A stretch of DNA of 64,000 nt, from the IMG/VR virus record IMGVR_UViG_3300027779_001649, positions 24,824-88,823 of that record. One strand, written 5' to 3'. Positions 8,903 to 18,452 of the stretch are shown here, piece after piece (within the stretch, counting starts at the first letter, position 1; each line of letters starts with the position of its first letter). The translations under genes were made by a program, and so were the position numbers. The notes beneath the pieces are model-generated. The model worked only from the letters and a program-made list of their open reading frames with translations. It was not told the DNA's origin and did no database searches. This DNA is from a virus.

Positions 8903-10217
8903 GCTACTAACTGTACTACTTCTTATTGGGGTATCTAACATAGATTTCTATGTTGGGTATCCCTTTATGGATGAACAGTTATACTTTTTATTACTTCTTG
9001 TTAGTTTAAGCTGTATATTTAATAATATACTACTAATTCTAGGAGGAATTATATTATTCTTTGCATATCCCTACTTATCTGAATATGCTCTTTCAGAAGT
9101 AACGACCTTACGATTACTCGCAATACCTTTACTATCACTTATTTTCTGGAGTTTGTATAGAACCAGTGGTAGGGGGTTTGCAATTATTTTTGGTCTATTC
9201 TTATTATACCCATTTTTAGTATATAATCCAATAAAGGCACTTGACATTTTATCATTCATCGTAATTGATAATACTGCTATGTTAGGTATCGCAATGTATA
9301 TAATATGTGGTATAGTGTTTATGTTTGTTATATTTGGACAATTAATGGTGCATATTGGTCTGATTGATAAGTTAATGTATTATATTACCAGACACATAAA
9401 ATCCCCTGCTAGGGTTGCAATTATGTCCTCTGCCGTGTTTGGTAGTGTATCTGGTGCAGCAGTATCTAATGTTATGAGTACAGGACAACTTACAATCCCT
9501 CTCATGATAAAATGCGGTTATTCTAAAGTTAAAGCAGCTGCATATGAAGCAGTCGCATCTACTGGAGGACAACTCATGCCTCCAATTATGGGTGCAGCTG
9601 CATTTCTTATGGCAGAAACTCTATCTATATCATATTGGGAGGTTGTTAGGGTTGCGATAATACCTTCACTCTTATTCTATTCTATATTACTTTTAACAGT
9701 ACCCAAGGAAGAAAAAAAACACAGCCCGAGGATTATAAAAAAACGACTTCGGTATCCCCCCCTTGGTCAATTGGTGCTTGACACGGGTAATATAATGTCT
9801 GGACTAATAATTTTAGGCGCAGCTATAGGTTTAATCATAGGAATAATGGATCAAACTGGACTATCTTTCCATATTTCAACTTATATTATAGAATTATCGG
9901 GGGGAAACTCCTTTTTATTACTTTTACTCACTGCAGCTCTCTGTATAGTCCTTGGAATGGGTATGCCAACGGTATCAACCTATCTTATTGTTAGTGTTGT
10001 CGCAGCCCCTGCATTAGTAGAATCAGGATTTACTGAAATATACGCACATCTTTTTGTATTATATTATGGGTGTTTATCTTTAATAACTCCACCAGTTGCA
10101 ATATGTTCTTTTGCAGCTGCAAAGTTAAGTGGTGCAAATCCTATGGCAGTCTCATTAGAATCTGTATATATTGGGTGGCCGTTATTTCTAGTTCCATTCC
10201 TCTTTATAATGATGTAA
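8880..10217 (+). CDS. TAXI TRAP fused permease (4TM/12TM type), shortened to ~445 aa
   Basis: SSAVFGSVSGAAVSNV, TIPLMIKCGY, EAVASTGGQLMPPIMGAAAFLMAE, LGMGMPT, ITPPVAI. Confidence 0.9.
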   Translation: MNLDFLNKLLTVLLLIGVSNIDFYVGYPFMDEQLYFLLLLVSLSCIFNNILLILGGIILFFAYPYLSEYALSEVTTLRLLAIPLLSLIFWSLYRTSGRGFAIIFGLFLLYPFLVYNPIKALDILSFIVIDNTAMLGIAMYIICGIVFMFVIFGQLMVHIGLIDKLMYYITRHIKSPARVAIMSSAVFGSVSGAAVSNVMSTGQLTIPLMIKCGYSKVKAAAYEAVASTGGQLMPPIMGAAAFLMAETLSISYWEVVRVAIIPSLLFYSILLLTVPKEEKKHSPRIIKKRLRYPPLGQLVLDTGNIMSGLIILGAAIGLIIGIMDQTGLSFHISTYIIELSGGNSFLLLLLTAALCIVLGMGMPTVSTYLIVSVVAAPALVESGFTEIYAHLFVLYYGCLSLITPPVAICSFAAAKLSGANPMAVSLESVYIGWPLFLVPFLFIMM

Positions 10218-11381
10218 GAAACCTCTCCAATCGTATTGTTCTATATTGTCTTTGGTTAGTATAGAACCATCATCCAGTATACCCCAAATTCTGTATGAAG
10301 ATTTATCTACAACTCTATTTACAAGGTGTTGTCCTCTCAGAAGACTTATCACTTTACCATGACCATATGCATATTCTTTATCCTTAGTGAATTTGTATAT
10401 ATGGTCACGTAAAGGCATTTTGTAAGTTAAATAATGTTCGTGTTTCATATCATTAACGCAAATGTAAGTATCTGGGTTGTTTTCATCCATATTCCCAAAT
10501 ATAGTTCCACATGCTTCACGCCATCCTTTTCTATGTTGATTGACCGCCCACTTCTCCATAGGGGGTTGGACATAAATCGGCAAATGATTACTCATATCCA
10601 TTTTATCTCCCTCCCATTCGTAAATATATCTCAGACTTCCTACACACCACTTCTGTTTTCTTTTCGCTTCCCAAGTTTCATAGATTTGTTGGGGCGAAGT
10701 TACATATATGTTTGCAGATTTTCCATTACCGTTAGAACCAAACACTTCATCTGCTGTACCACAGGGACATAGTATATGTTTATCTGGTGATGCTTCTTTA
10801 AATACATCGTGTGTTGTGTTGATTGTATGGTCTAAATGTTTTACTACTTTATCGTAATAGTCCTGATATTCCGTACTATGTCCAATAATAACATGAAGTT
10901 GTTCGGGACATACCTCATTTAACGCAATAAGAGCTGCCGTAGAATCTATACCACCAGACCAAAAGAAATCTATAGTCTTTCCTGTTGATGCAAGAATTTC
11001 AGCAGATGCTATCAAAACATCTGTTATATCTAAATTTTCTACTTCGGGGTAATGTTTGTATTCTAACCACGGCATGTTCAGAGATTTAACAGAACTATTA
11101 AATGTATATTGTTGTTCAGTATCTCTGTTTAGAAGTACACCACCATCAAATCCCATTTCATGTAAGGTAACTCGCTCTTTTCTCCAATCCTGCCATAAAT
11201 GTTTTATTTCGGGATGTCCTTTGAAAAAAAGGTTATGGGATTTATTGAAGTTATAATAGGCATTAGGGCCTGTCCAACTTTCTTTGATGTTGTCTTTAGA
11301 TACTCCAAAATGAGAATAACTTTTTTCTCTCATATATTTAATAAATGGCCGTCCATAGAAAACCAACCGATACTTATCCAT
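10188..11381 (-). CDS. Asparagine-synthetase-like PP-loop adenylating enzyme (paralog 1)
   Basis: WSGGIDST, CGTADEVFGS, YKMPLRDHIY. Confidence 0.75.
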   Translation of the reverse strand: MDKYRLVFYGRPFIKYMREKSYSHFGVSKDNIKESWTGPNAYYNFNKSHNLFFKGHPEIKHLWQDWRKERVTLHEMGFDGGVLLNRDTEQQYTFNSSVKSLNMPWLEYKHYPEVENLDITDVLIASAEILASTGKTIDFFWSGGIDSTAALIALNEVCPEQLHVIIGHSTEYQDYYDKVVKHLDHTINTTHDVFKEASPDKHILCPCGTADEVFGSNGNGKSANIYVTSPQQIYETWEAKRKQKWCVGSLRYIYEWEGDKMDMSNHLPIYVQPPMEKWAVNQHRKGWREACGTIFGNMDENNPDTYICVNDMKHEHYLTYKMPLRDHIYKFTKDKEYAYGHGKVISLLRGQHLVNRVVDKSSYRIWGILDDGSILTKDNIEQYDWRGFLHHYKEEWN

Positions 11382-11692
11382 TACGATTCTGTTTCAGATC
11401 TCTCTAAGTCAATGTTATTTGATACGTTGTGCGTGTCTCTTGCATTTAACATAGACTGTACAGTTTCATCCTCAACCCAATCATTCTTTGCATCTTGGTT
11501 AAGAAATGAGTAGGTAACAGTTTTAACCAAACCATCATCTGATATGGATTCTCCAAGACCACCTATTTTATAGACTCTTTTACCAGTGTCTATAAAATTA
11601 GTTTTAAGATATGCTGTAACATCATCTGTCAGAGAATGCCAAGCTGTATCGGTGTTTGGTCTAGTGAGTTTTATTGTTCCATTTATTGCCAT
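11381..11692 (-). CDS. Small TRPNTD-motif protein (paralog A)
   Basis: AGGAG RBS; TAATG coupling to PP-loop gene; shares LTRPNTD, GKR, ISDDGLV and NARD with 21870..22172. Confidence 0.75.
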   Translation of the reverse strand: MAINGTIKLTRPNTDTAWHSLTDDVTAYLKTNFIDTGKRVYKIGGLGESISDDGLVKTVTYSFLNQDAKNDWVEDETVQSMLNARDTHNVSNNIDLERSETES

Positions 11693-11702
11693 TTTAATTC
11701 TC

Positions 11703-13346
11703 CTACCAATCGTTTTTGTAGCTTCTAACTACTGGTGACCACTTAGTTCCATATTCGTCTACCATTAATCCTATATTTTCATCTTCTAAACCAGTAACAA
11801 CGAAACCAAATGGTGCCATGTCCTGTTCCATTGCATATTGGTTTTCTGCAATCATTTTCATTCGGACATCTAAATTAGTTAATTCCTTAAAGTACGTTTG
11901 GTCTGTAGCCCATGCAAATAGAAAACCACATGAAACTAAATCATCAGTACAACCATCGTCAGCTTCCCACGATTGTCCTTTCACTATAAAGGTAGATAAT
12001 TCATTAACAAAGTCGTAATCCTCTATAATTAATTTATCATCCTCTACCATTTGTTTTAGATTGGAACAACCAATCTTCTTTGTTGCCTTTGTAGTTCGTA
12101 CACCTAATTGAGCTTTACCCCCACTGAAACCTCCACCAAGTACCTGTCCTGACCTTCCACGCATACTTGTCATGCATAGGTTGTCATATTCCAAGTCAAA
12201 CTGCATAGTGTTTGCAACACCTTCTCCTATATCATTTATCTCTATCAATACATATGCTTGATTATATGCCCGTGCGAGATCGTATATCTTCTGTGGATAC
12301 ACAAGGGGTTTAATCTCATTGTCTCTGTACTTTGCGACTACTGTGTATGGCATTTGTGAGATATCAAATATAATAAATGCAGAGTAATCGTTAGATGTTC
12401 CTCTAGAAACATCACAAGTAATAAAATAAGTGTGGTCTTCTTCTGGGTTCTTATATACCTCTAATCCAGCATTTGACATTATCGGATCTATAAAGGACAG
12501 TGTTCTAAGTTTCCTTGCAGATATAAGAGTATCAATAGAACCTAAGAATTCACAACCAAACTCAGTATTAAACTGTTGTTCACTTGTATTCTTAATTGTT
12601 TCGGCTTTCCAGGCGTCATCTCTTCCAGGCACTTCACTCCAATGAACTTCTATGGGAATATATGAGTTTCTCTCATGTTCAGCATCAGTCCACATCTTGT
12701 AAAACATATTCATACCGTGTGGAGTAGAAACGATCATTACTTTACTTGTTTTACCAGAGGAAATAGTAGGATACACTGAACTAAAGAATTGTTCTGCTAC
12801 ATTAGCTGGTACATAAGCAAACTCGTCAAGGAAAATAATGTTATATGAACCACCACGAACCGCACTAGCACTAGTTGAACTCGCAAGTATTTTAGAACCA
12901 TTTTCTAACTCCAGACTACCCTTGTTCCAAGACATAACGCCTTGTTGTAACCATTTGGGTAAATGTTCATATGCTAACTGCAACCTTCCCAACAAATCTC
13001 TAGCAGTCGCAGCCTTATTCGCAAGAATGGCAACATTTACAGTCTCATTAAACAAAACATAATGCAGTAAGTAGGCGATGATAGTAGTAGATTTTCCAGA
13101 CTGTCTAGGAAGTTTACAAATGGTGAAACGATTGTTGTGAAATGTTCCTATCATCTCCTTCTGAAAATCATACAGTTTAAAAGGAACAAGACCCTCATCA
13201 ATATTAACAATCTTAATATATTCTTGTATAAAATATATTGGATCTTTCATACATTTAGTATATTCCTCTAGCTCTTCCTTTGTCCAATTCTGTTGGACAT
13301 TTGCTTTTTTGAGGTTAGGATTGCCGAGGTAGACTGAATCAGACAT
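11703..13346 (-). CDS. gp17: Terminase large subunit
   Basis: YLGNPNLK, Walker A PRQSGKST, Walker B IIFLDEFA, VSTPHG, nuclease DDLV. Confidence 0.98.
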   Translation of the reverse strand: MSDSVYLGNPNLKKANVQQNWTKEELEEYTKCMKDPIYFIQEYIKIVNIDEGLVPFKLYDFQKEMIGTFHNNRFTICKLPRQSGKSTTIIAYLLHYVLFNETVNVAILANKAATARDLLGRLQLAYEHLPKWLQQGVMSWNKGSLELENGSKILASSTSASAVRGGSYNIIFLDEFAYVPANVAEQFFSSVYPTISSGKTSKVMIVSTPHGMNMFYKMWTDAEHERNSYIPIEVHWSEVPGRDDAWKAETIKNTSEQQFNTEFGCEFLGSIDTLISARKLRTLSFIDPIMSNAGLEVYKNPEEDHTYFITCDVSRGTSNDYSAFIIFDISQMPYTVVAKYRDNEIKPLVYPQKIYDLARAYNQAYVLIEINDIGEGVANTMQFDLEYDNLCMTSMRGRSGQVLGGGFSGGKAQLGVRTTKATKKIGCSNLKQMVEDDKLIIEDYDFVNELSTFIVKGQSWEADDGCTDDLVSCGFLFAWATDQTYFKELTNLDVRMKMIAENQYAMEQDMAPFGFVVTGLEDENIGLMVDEYGTKWSPVVRSYKNDW

Positions 13347-13348
13347 TA

Positions 13349-13654
13349 TTATACTCCAAAACTTTCACCACATCCACAACTACTCGTAGATGTTGGATTT
13401 TTCACTGTTAGAAAACTACCACCGAGCTCGGTTATATAATCAATCTCACTACCCAAAACGTACATCTCAGCAAGTGGGTCAACCACAAGAACATCCTCTA
13501 TAGGCTCAGACCATTCAACATCAGGCAGATTGCTCTTCAGATTCCAGACATACTGGAAACCAGAACATCCTCCACCGACAACAGCCAGTGTTACAAAGTC
13601 TCCCTTAGATACAGACTTTAAGTAGTCTCTTGCAGATTGTGTTAATGTTACCAT
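13349..13654 (-). CDS. iscA: A-type Fe-S carrier (IscA/HesB family)
   Basis: GGGCSGFQY and C-terminal CGCGESF. Confidence 0.92.
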   Translation of the reverse strand: MVTLTQSARDYLKSVSKGDFVTLAVVGGGCSGFQYVWNLKSNLPDVEWSEPIEDVLVVDPLAEMYVLGSEIDYITELGGSFLTVKNPTSTSSCGCGESFGV

Positions 13655-13659
13655 ATCGT

Positions 13660-13667
13660 TATTTATG
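13660..13667 (-). promoter_or_regulatory. Late promoter CATAAATA, 5 nt before iscA ATG
   Basis: Overlaps gp16 stop; no RBS present. Confidence 0.6.
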
Positions 13668-14061
13668 TCTTTTCTTTCATTAATTTTTGTAACTCTGCTG
13701 TAGAACCAACAAATAAGGCGTTAGTTACATTCTTAGGTGCAGTATTAGGAACGTCCTGTAATCTTTTCATCTTCTCTTGTAAGTCACCTAGTTTTTCGGT
13801 AACTTCTGCGACCTGTTTGATAAGATTTCCAGCAACCTCATATCCTCTTGGATGTTCGCCTTCCTTTGCGAGTTCAAGTATTCCGTCAATCGCAACTGAA
13901 CCCTTTTCAACAAGTTCATGAAATTTTTGCCTTTGATATTCATAGTCTGTTTCAATATCCTGTTCCTTATCTGCGACAATTAGTTTTGTTACAGGAGTCT
14001 CTGTAACCTCTAATTCTTTTCCAATAACACCCAAGGCACTATCTATAGTTTTAGTATCCAT
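13663..14061 (-). CDS. gp16: Terminase small subunit
   Basis: DYEYQR, EHPRGYEV, NALFVGSTAELQK. Confidence 0.93.
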   Translation of the reverse strand: MDTKTIDSALGVIGKELEVTETPVTKLIVADKEQDIETDYEYQRQKFHELVEKGSVAIDGILELAKEGEHPRGYEVAGNLIKQVAEVTEKLGDLQEKMKRLQDVPNTAPKNVTNALFVGSTAELQKLMKEKT

Positions 14062-14442
14062 TTAGTTCACCTCTACTATCTCTTGGACTGATGTGGAATG
14101 AGAGTTATATGCTTCGCCAAATTCTTCTCTTAATTTGGTACTTATTGTAGTCGCACAATATTTTTTACATACCCTAGGAGCATTTTGTGGATCTTTTATT
14201 AAACCTTCATAAAATTCTGTCCATTCTTTAGAATTAATTATATCGTCAATAGTCTCTACATTACTTAGTTTTAAATGTTCTTTAAAGAATATTTCTTCAA
14301 TACCTATATGGTATGTTGGTGTTTGTCCATCAACAGTTTGATAGGGGTCTGTCCAACAACAAGGAATTAAATATCCCCTTGCAGAATAACCATAACCTTT
14401 ACCAGATAAACATCTGGGCTCTAATTTTCTTTTTACTGGCAT
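14062..14442 (-). CDS. Stand-alone SPASM/twitch-like Fe-S domain protein (start MPVKRK at 14442)
   Basis: PRCL...GYLIPCCW...PRVCKKYC; own GAGGAG RBS. Confidence 0.75.
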   Translation of the reverse strand: MPVKRKLEPRCLSGKGYGYSARGYLIPCCWTDPYQTVDGQTPTYHIGIEEIFFKEHLKLSNVETIDDIINSKEWTEFYEGLIKDPQNAPRVCKKYCATTISTKLREEFGEAYNSHSTSVQEIVEVN

Positions 14443-15290
14443 AATGAACTCCTCCTCAACCACTGTTCTTCATTCCAAGGAAGTTTATCATCCACATCCT
14501 TTACTCTATTATTAACTTCAGTAGTAGTAAATGGTTTGCTACTAATAAAATTTTTTGTATTTTTTGGTTTAAATTCATCATCATCTCCTCTCCATCTAGA
14601 AGAGTATAATTTTAAAAACCTAATACCAGCATCTGTTGCACGTTTCTGAACCTCATCTATGTGATCTTCATTATAACTAAAAACTATGCATTGTTGTTCA
14701 ACCTGTAACCCCATATATTTAGCTATCATCGCCATTTTCCAAAGTTTTTCACCGTCCTGATTAACTCTATACTTATGACTTTCTTCTGGTAATCCATCTA
14801 TACCAAATCTCCACACTGCTAGGGGATGTATTTCAAATGCCTTTTTATACCACTTCTCTGACCTATGTGAAGCTGCGGTTGCAATACATGTATAGACTTT
14901 TTCTTCATAACATCTACGTAAAATATCGTGGAACTTAGGATGGGCGGTTGGATCTGAAATTTGACCACAAAAAAGAATATTAGTAAAATGCATAAGAATC
15001 TTATCAAAATCTTCAAGGGACATATCGTGACCAGGCGGTTTCATGCCAGAGGCGGCATAATCCTGTCTCCTACATCTTGGACAGGCTAGAGGACATCTTG
15101 GAGATAAATCTATATTAATTTTAGTACGATACTTCGCTTTATATATTAATTCATCATTAGATAATTTATCGTTTGATCCCTTTGTCCAATGATCTCGTTG
15201 AGTGAGTATTGGTTTTTTTAAAGACCTTTTAGCTATCTGAGTTCTAAGATCTAGTTCTTTTAACTCACCTTTAGTGTATTCTACAGGCAT
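14433..15290 (-). CDS. Radical SAM enzyme (paralog 1)
   Basis: CPLACPRC (CxxxCxxC), CGQISDP, FGIDGL, YRVN. Confidence 0.9.
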   Translation of the reverse strand: MPVEYTKGELKELDLRTQIAKRSLKKPILTQRDHWTKGSNDKLSNDELIYKAKYRTKINIDLSPRCPLACPRCRRQDYAASGMKPPGHDMSLEDFDKILMHFTNILFCGQISDPTAHPKFHDILRRCYEEKVYTCIATAASHRSEKWYKKAFEIHPLAVWRFGIDGLPEESHKYRVNQDGEKLWKMAMIAKYMGLQVEQQCIVFSYNEDHIDEVQKRATDAGIRFLKLYSSRWRGDDDEFKPKNTKNFISSKPFTTTEVNNRVKDVDDKLPWNEEQWLRRSSLCQ

Positions 15291-15293
15291 AGT

Positions 15294-16094
15294 TTATTCA
15301 TCGTCACCTGTTACTGGATTAAATGTTTTAGCATCTTCAAAGAAAGAGGTTGCTTCATTAAATCCAAAATTATCATCAGCTTCAGCTGTCATGGGAGACG
15401 GTGTAACCACCAACCTTTGTTCTCTCTTAGGTGATGCATCTGGCATATCTGTATATTGATCTGCTTGCACTGTTTTAATAACTTTACTAGAGCTAACTGG
15501 ACCGTAGAGATAAAATTTACAAGTGAAAGCTAGTGTATATACTATTGCTCGTCTCGCAGTAAAGTCACCTTCATAACTATCTTCATATGAAACACTATTA
15601 AGAATTAAAGGAATGTCCCTTTTAATTCCCATATCTGCCATATCATTTATCGTCACCGTATAGTCTGGTTGAAAGTATGGTAGAATTTGTTCTACGATCT
15701 GTAATGCGTCCTCAGATTGTTTAGCCATTATGTAAAGCTCAAATGAGAGATTATAAGGAACAGGCATATATTGTGTATCTAGTTGAGTTGAATTTGCACC
15801 TTTAACTTTTTTGAATTTCTGTACACGATTAAGTTTACGAGCTGCATCGTATTCTAGATTCTTAATTTCAAATCCTATACGTGGAAGTGTAACTGCAACC
15901 TGTTTTGTAAGGTCTGCATCTTCACGTAATCGGACTAGAAATTTTTCTTTCGGGCCGTATGCAAGAGGAACTTTCATAGTTTGTACTACGGTTCCACTGC
16001 TATCTTTACGAACCAAGTGTATGTTGTTGAATATTGATCCAAACGCAACAACCACCTTTCTCATGGTTTCGTGGTAAAATTGTTGTCCTAACAT
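15294..16094 (-). CDS. gp15: Tail sheath stabilizer/tail terminator
   Basis: FYHETMRK, KVPLAYGPKEKFL, LPRIGFE, QIVEQILPYFQP. Confidence 0.95.
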   Translation of the reverse strand: MLGQQFYHETMRKVVVAFGSIFNNIHLVRKDSSGTVVQTMKVPLAYGPKEKFLVRLREDADLTKQVAVTLPRIGFEIKNLEYDAARKLNRVQKFKKVKGANSTQLDTQYMPVPYNLSFELYIMAKQSEDALQIVEQILPYFQPDYTVTINDMADMGIKRDIPLILNSVSYEDSYEGDFTARRAIVYTLAFTCKFYLYGPVSSSKVIKTVQADQYTDMPDASPKREQRLVVTPSPMTAEADDNFGFNEATSFFEDAKTFNPVTGDDE

Positions 16095-17104
16095 TATAAT
16101 CCTCCAGCATCACCGAAAGGATTTCTTTCGGAGAAGTCTAATACGTCATCATCAAGGGAATCAAACAGTTCATTTTGTGTAGTCTTGTCTTGCGACATAT
16201 CACCCACTACGTAATCTTCATTGAGTAAGTAAGAATCGTCACCACTGTCTGCTGGGTTCTCTAATATAATACTTTCACCAACACCACTTGTATCATTCTC
16301 ACCTATGAGATTATCTCCACTAGTCTCTTCTAATAGGAGTCCTTGATCTCCATTAGTACTTATACCGATTTCTAATCGTATATTCTCATTGACAAAGGCA
16401 GTTTGTTCTAAGGTCATCTGATAACCAAGAGCATCCATTGTATGTTCTGTTTCTATTGCATCTATAGCTGCAATGTCTGTGTCAATAACCTCAGAGCTGT
16501 AGTCAAATAATCTACATTGTAGTTTATATACTGGGTTATTATCCAGTTGATAAAAAGGTTCGTCATGGTCTACAAAATTTATTTGGAATATTTTATCCAG
16601 AACTGGATGGTATATTAAATCACCTTCCAATGGTCTATCTGCATCTGTAGAGGTAGCTTCTGAAATTAAATAACCCCCATCATAAGAACTACTAATATCT
16701 ACAACGGTACTATCTAAAGAGGCTGCTTCTAATTGAATAGAACCACTTAGAGTGGATGTACCACTTTCTATTGTCATTTGTTTTGTTAAATCTTGAAACC
16801 TTGTTTTACTTACAGTAAATGTAACCTGACTTAGATTTTGTAAACCAAACTGAGTCATCAGTTCTCGTTCACCAGCAAAACCTCCATCGCCGTTATCAAT
16901 ATACATCTCTATTTTATTTTGGGTAGTAAATTTTGCGAGGTTGTCTTCACCAAAAAGAGTGTCTTCATTAGTTAAAGTGCGATCAAGATAGTAGACATCA
17001 TGACCGAAAATTTGAATGGCTTCAGTAAGTAAATTTGAATACAGATTCTTCTCTGCGGTAATAGCATGAGAATTACTAGTATGAAAGAATGAATTGACTG
17101 ACAT
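16094..17104 (-). CDS. gp14: Neck protein with acidic insertions
   Basis: EAIQIFGHDVYYL, RPLEGDLIY, PFYQL, LDFSERNPFG. Confidence 0.9.
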   Translation of the reverse strand: MSVNSFFHTSNSHAITAEKNLYSNLLTEAIQIFGHDVYYLDRTLTNEDTLFGEDNLAKFTTQNKIEMYIDNGDGGFAGERELMTQFGLQNLSQVTFTVSKTRFQDLTKQMTIESGTSTLSGSIQLEAASLDSTVVDISSSYDGGYLISEATSTDADRPLEGDLIYHPVLDKIFQINFVDHDEPFYQLDNNPVYKLQCRLFDYSSEVIDTDIAAIDAIETEHTMDALGYQMTLEQTAFVNENIRLEIGISTNGDQGLLLEETSGDNLIGENDTSGVGESIILENPADSGDDSYLLNEDYVVGDMSQDKTTQNELFDSLDDDVLDFSERNPFGDAGGL

Positions 17105-17107
17105 AGT

Positions 17108-17926
17108 TTATCCTACATGAAACATTATTGGGGGTTCATTACTTAATATCGTTGTTTCTATTTCTCTAATTTCTTCCTGAGCTTGTGTAAAGATAGCTGC
17201 ACCATCCATACTAACACCCCCCAGCATCGTAACTCCATTGAACTTAGAAAGATTTGCACCCCATTGACGTTTAATTAAAGCTGTTGCATATCTTTTTAGA
17301 TGGATGTCATCATAAATGTCTGTGTAAACTGAGGGATCTAATTTACGGAAACACTCTATAACAACATAGTCCTCTCCACCCACAAAGTCTGTAGACCAAT
17401 CGGCGTCAATATATAAACGATTTTGATGTTCCTTAAAACGAATAGGAGCTTCACCAACAAGAATATGTTCTAGTAAATCTAAATTATTCATCATCATCTG
17501 GTAATGGATAACAGAAGTGGAAGTCAGATCAAACAAATCGTTTAGATGTAACTGATAACGAGCATCAAACATATTTGCACCAGTTCCAGTTCCAGTTAAA
17601 GGAAATACCTGTACTACAGAGATAACTGAACTAGGTAATGGTATATAATTATTACCCTCAGACCAATCTGCGGTAATAGTATCATCTACTGTATCTGTTC
17701 CTGTAGTGGTTGTATTTGTTTTAGCTCTAGTAACTTCTGCTTCAGTAACCAAATGTTTGAGATACATTCTTTCAACACCATCATAATGATACTGTGCAAA
17801 ATACTGTAGTGCTTCGTCAATACGGTCATCTGTTTGGTCATCTGACACATTAATGTCAATCACTCCATAACCCAATGCTCGTAGACAATAAGTCTTAAAT
17901 GTTGCTTTTGTTGTTGGTACTGCCAT
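17108..17926 (-). CDS. gp13: Neck protein
   Basis: YCLRALG, INVSDDQ, YHYDG, YATALIKRQWGANLSKF. Confidence 0.95.
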   Translation of the reverse strand: MAVPTTKATFKTYCLRALGYGVIDINVSDDQTDDRIDEALQYFAQYHYDGVERMYLKHLVTEAEVTRAKTNTTTTGTDTVDDTITADWSEGNNYIPLPSSVISVVQVFPLTGTGTGANMFDARYQLHLNDLFDLTSTSVIHYQMMMNNLDLLEHILVGEAPIRFKEHQNRLYIDADWSTDFVGGEDYVVIECFRKLDPSVYTDIYDDIHLKRYATALIKRQWGANLSKFNGVTMLGGVSMDGAAIFTQAQEEIREIETTILSNEPPIMFHVG

Positions 17927-17945
17927 AATTCCCTACCTTTTACTA

Positions 17946-17953
17946 TATTTATA
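17946..17953 (-). promoter_or_regulatory. Late promoter TATAAATA upstream of gp13
   Basis: Exact consensus. Confidence 0.75.
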
Positions 17954-18452
17954 AAAGAAGAGGTCTGGTTACTACGCAATTATCATCATCAAAGTAACTC
18001 TGTTTGACGAAATTTACCCCAGTATATGCGTATAAAGCACTCAATTTTGGATATGACCATATAATTTCACATCCTCTTTTTCTTCCATAATCCATAGTCT
18101 CATTTAATAACCAAGTTGATAGACCTAATCCTCTATGTTTAGGATGTACCCATAACCCCCTAGACCTATAAATTTTAAGTCCACATTGAGATCCTGAGTT
18201 AACACCCACTATTTCTTCATATGATTCTCCATAATGACTAACGTATTTTATTGCTATAAAGACAGAAGTTTTGAGATACCTTTTAATATCTAACTGTCTT
18301 ATAACTTTATTTCCCTCCAAAGCCCATGTACTATGGGGATAAATGGTTTTCTTATTTTTCCATAAGTCCGACTTCCATACCTTATATATCTCCTCAAACG
18401 ACACGGGTTCTAGATAGTACAGCTTATTTTCCCCAGTAATAATCTGCGGCAT
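17949..18452 (-). CDS. GNAT-family acetyltransferase
   Basis: RSRGLWVHPKHRGLGLSTWLL acetyl-CoA motif A; WSYPK. Confidence 0.8.
   Translation of the reverse strand: MPQIITGENKLYYLEPVSFEEIYKVWKSDLWKNKKTIYPHSTWALEGNKVIRQLDIKRYLKTSVFIAIKYVSHYGESYEEIVGVNSGSQCGLKIYRSRGLWVHPKHRGLGLSTWLLNETMDYGRKRGCEIIWSYPKLSALYAYTGVNFVKQSYFDDDNCVVTRPLLL

Noticed and set aside
9711-9904. Homopolymer runs (A8, A7, C7, G6) in the TAXI permease as phase-variation tracts
   Set aside because: Runs are short, the frame is intact and there is no evidence of variability
10188-11381. PP-loop genes as QueC of a 7-deazaguanine DNA modification pathway
   Set aside because: No QueC C-terminal Zn-Cys cluster; AsnB-like ADxxFG motif present; no folE, queD or dpdA in the window
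11381-11692. Canonical lasso peptide cluster
   Set aside because: No B1/B2 peptidase or RRE recognised; the small protein is ~100 aa and looks folded rather than like a leader-core precursor
14433-14463. Programmed frameshift fusing radical SAM and SPASM
   Set aside because: Frame offsets differ between the two paralogous pairs and this SPASM gene has its own RBS
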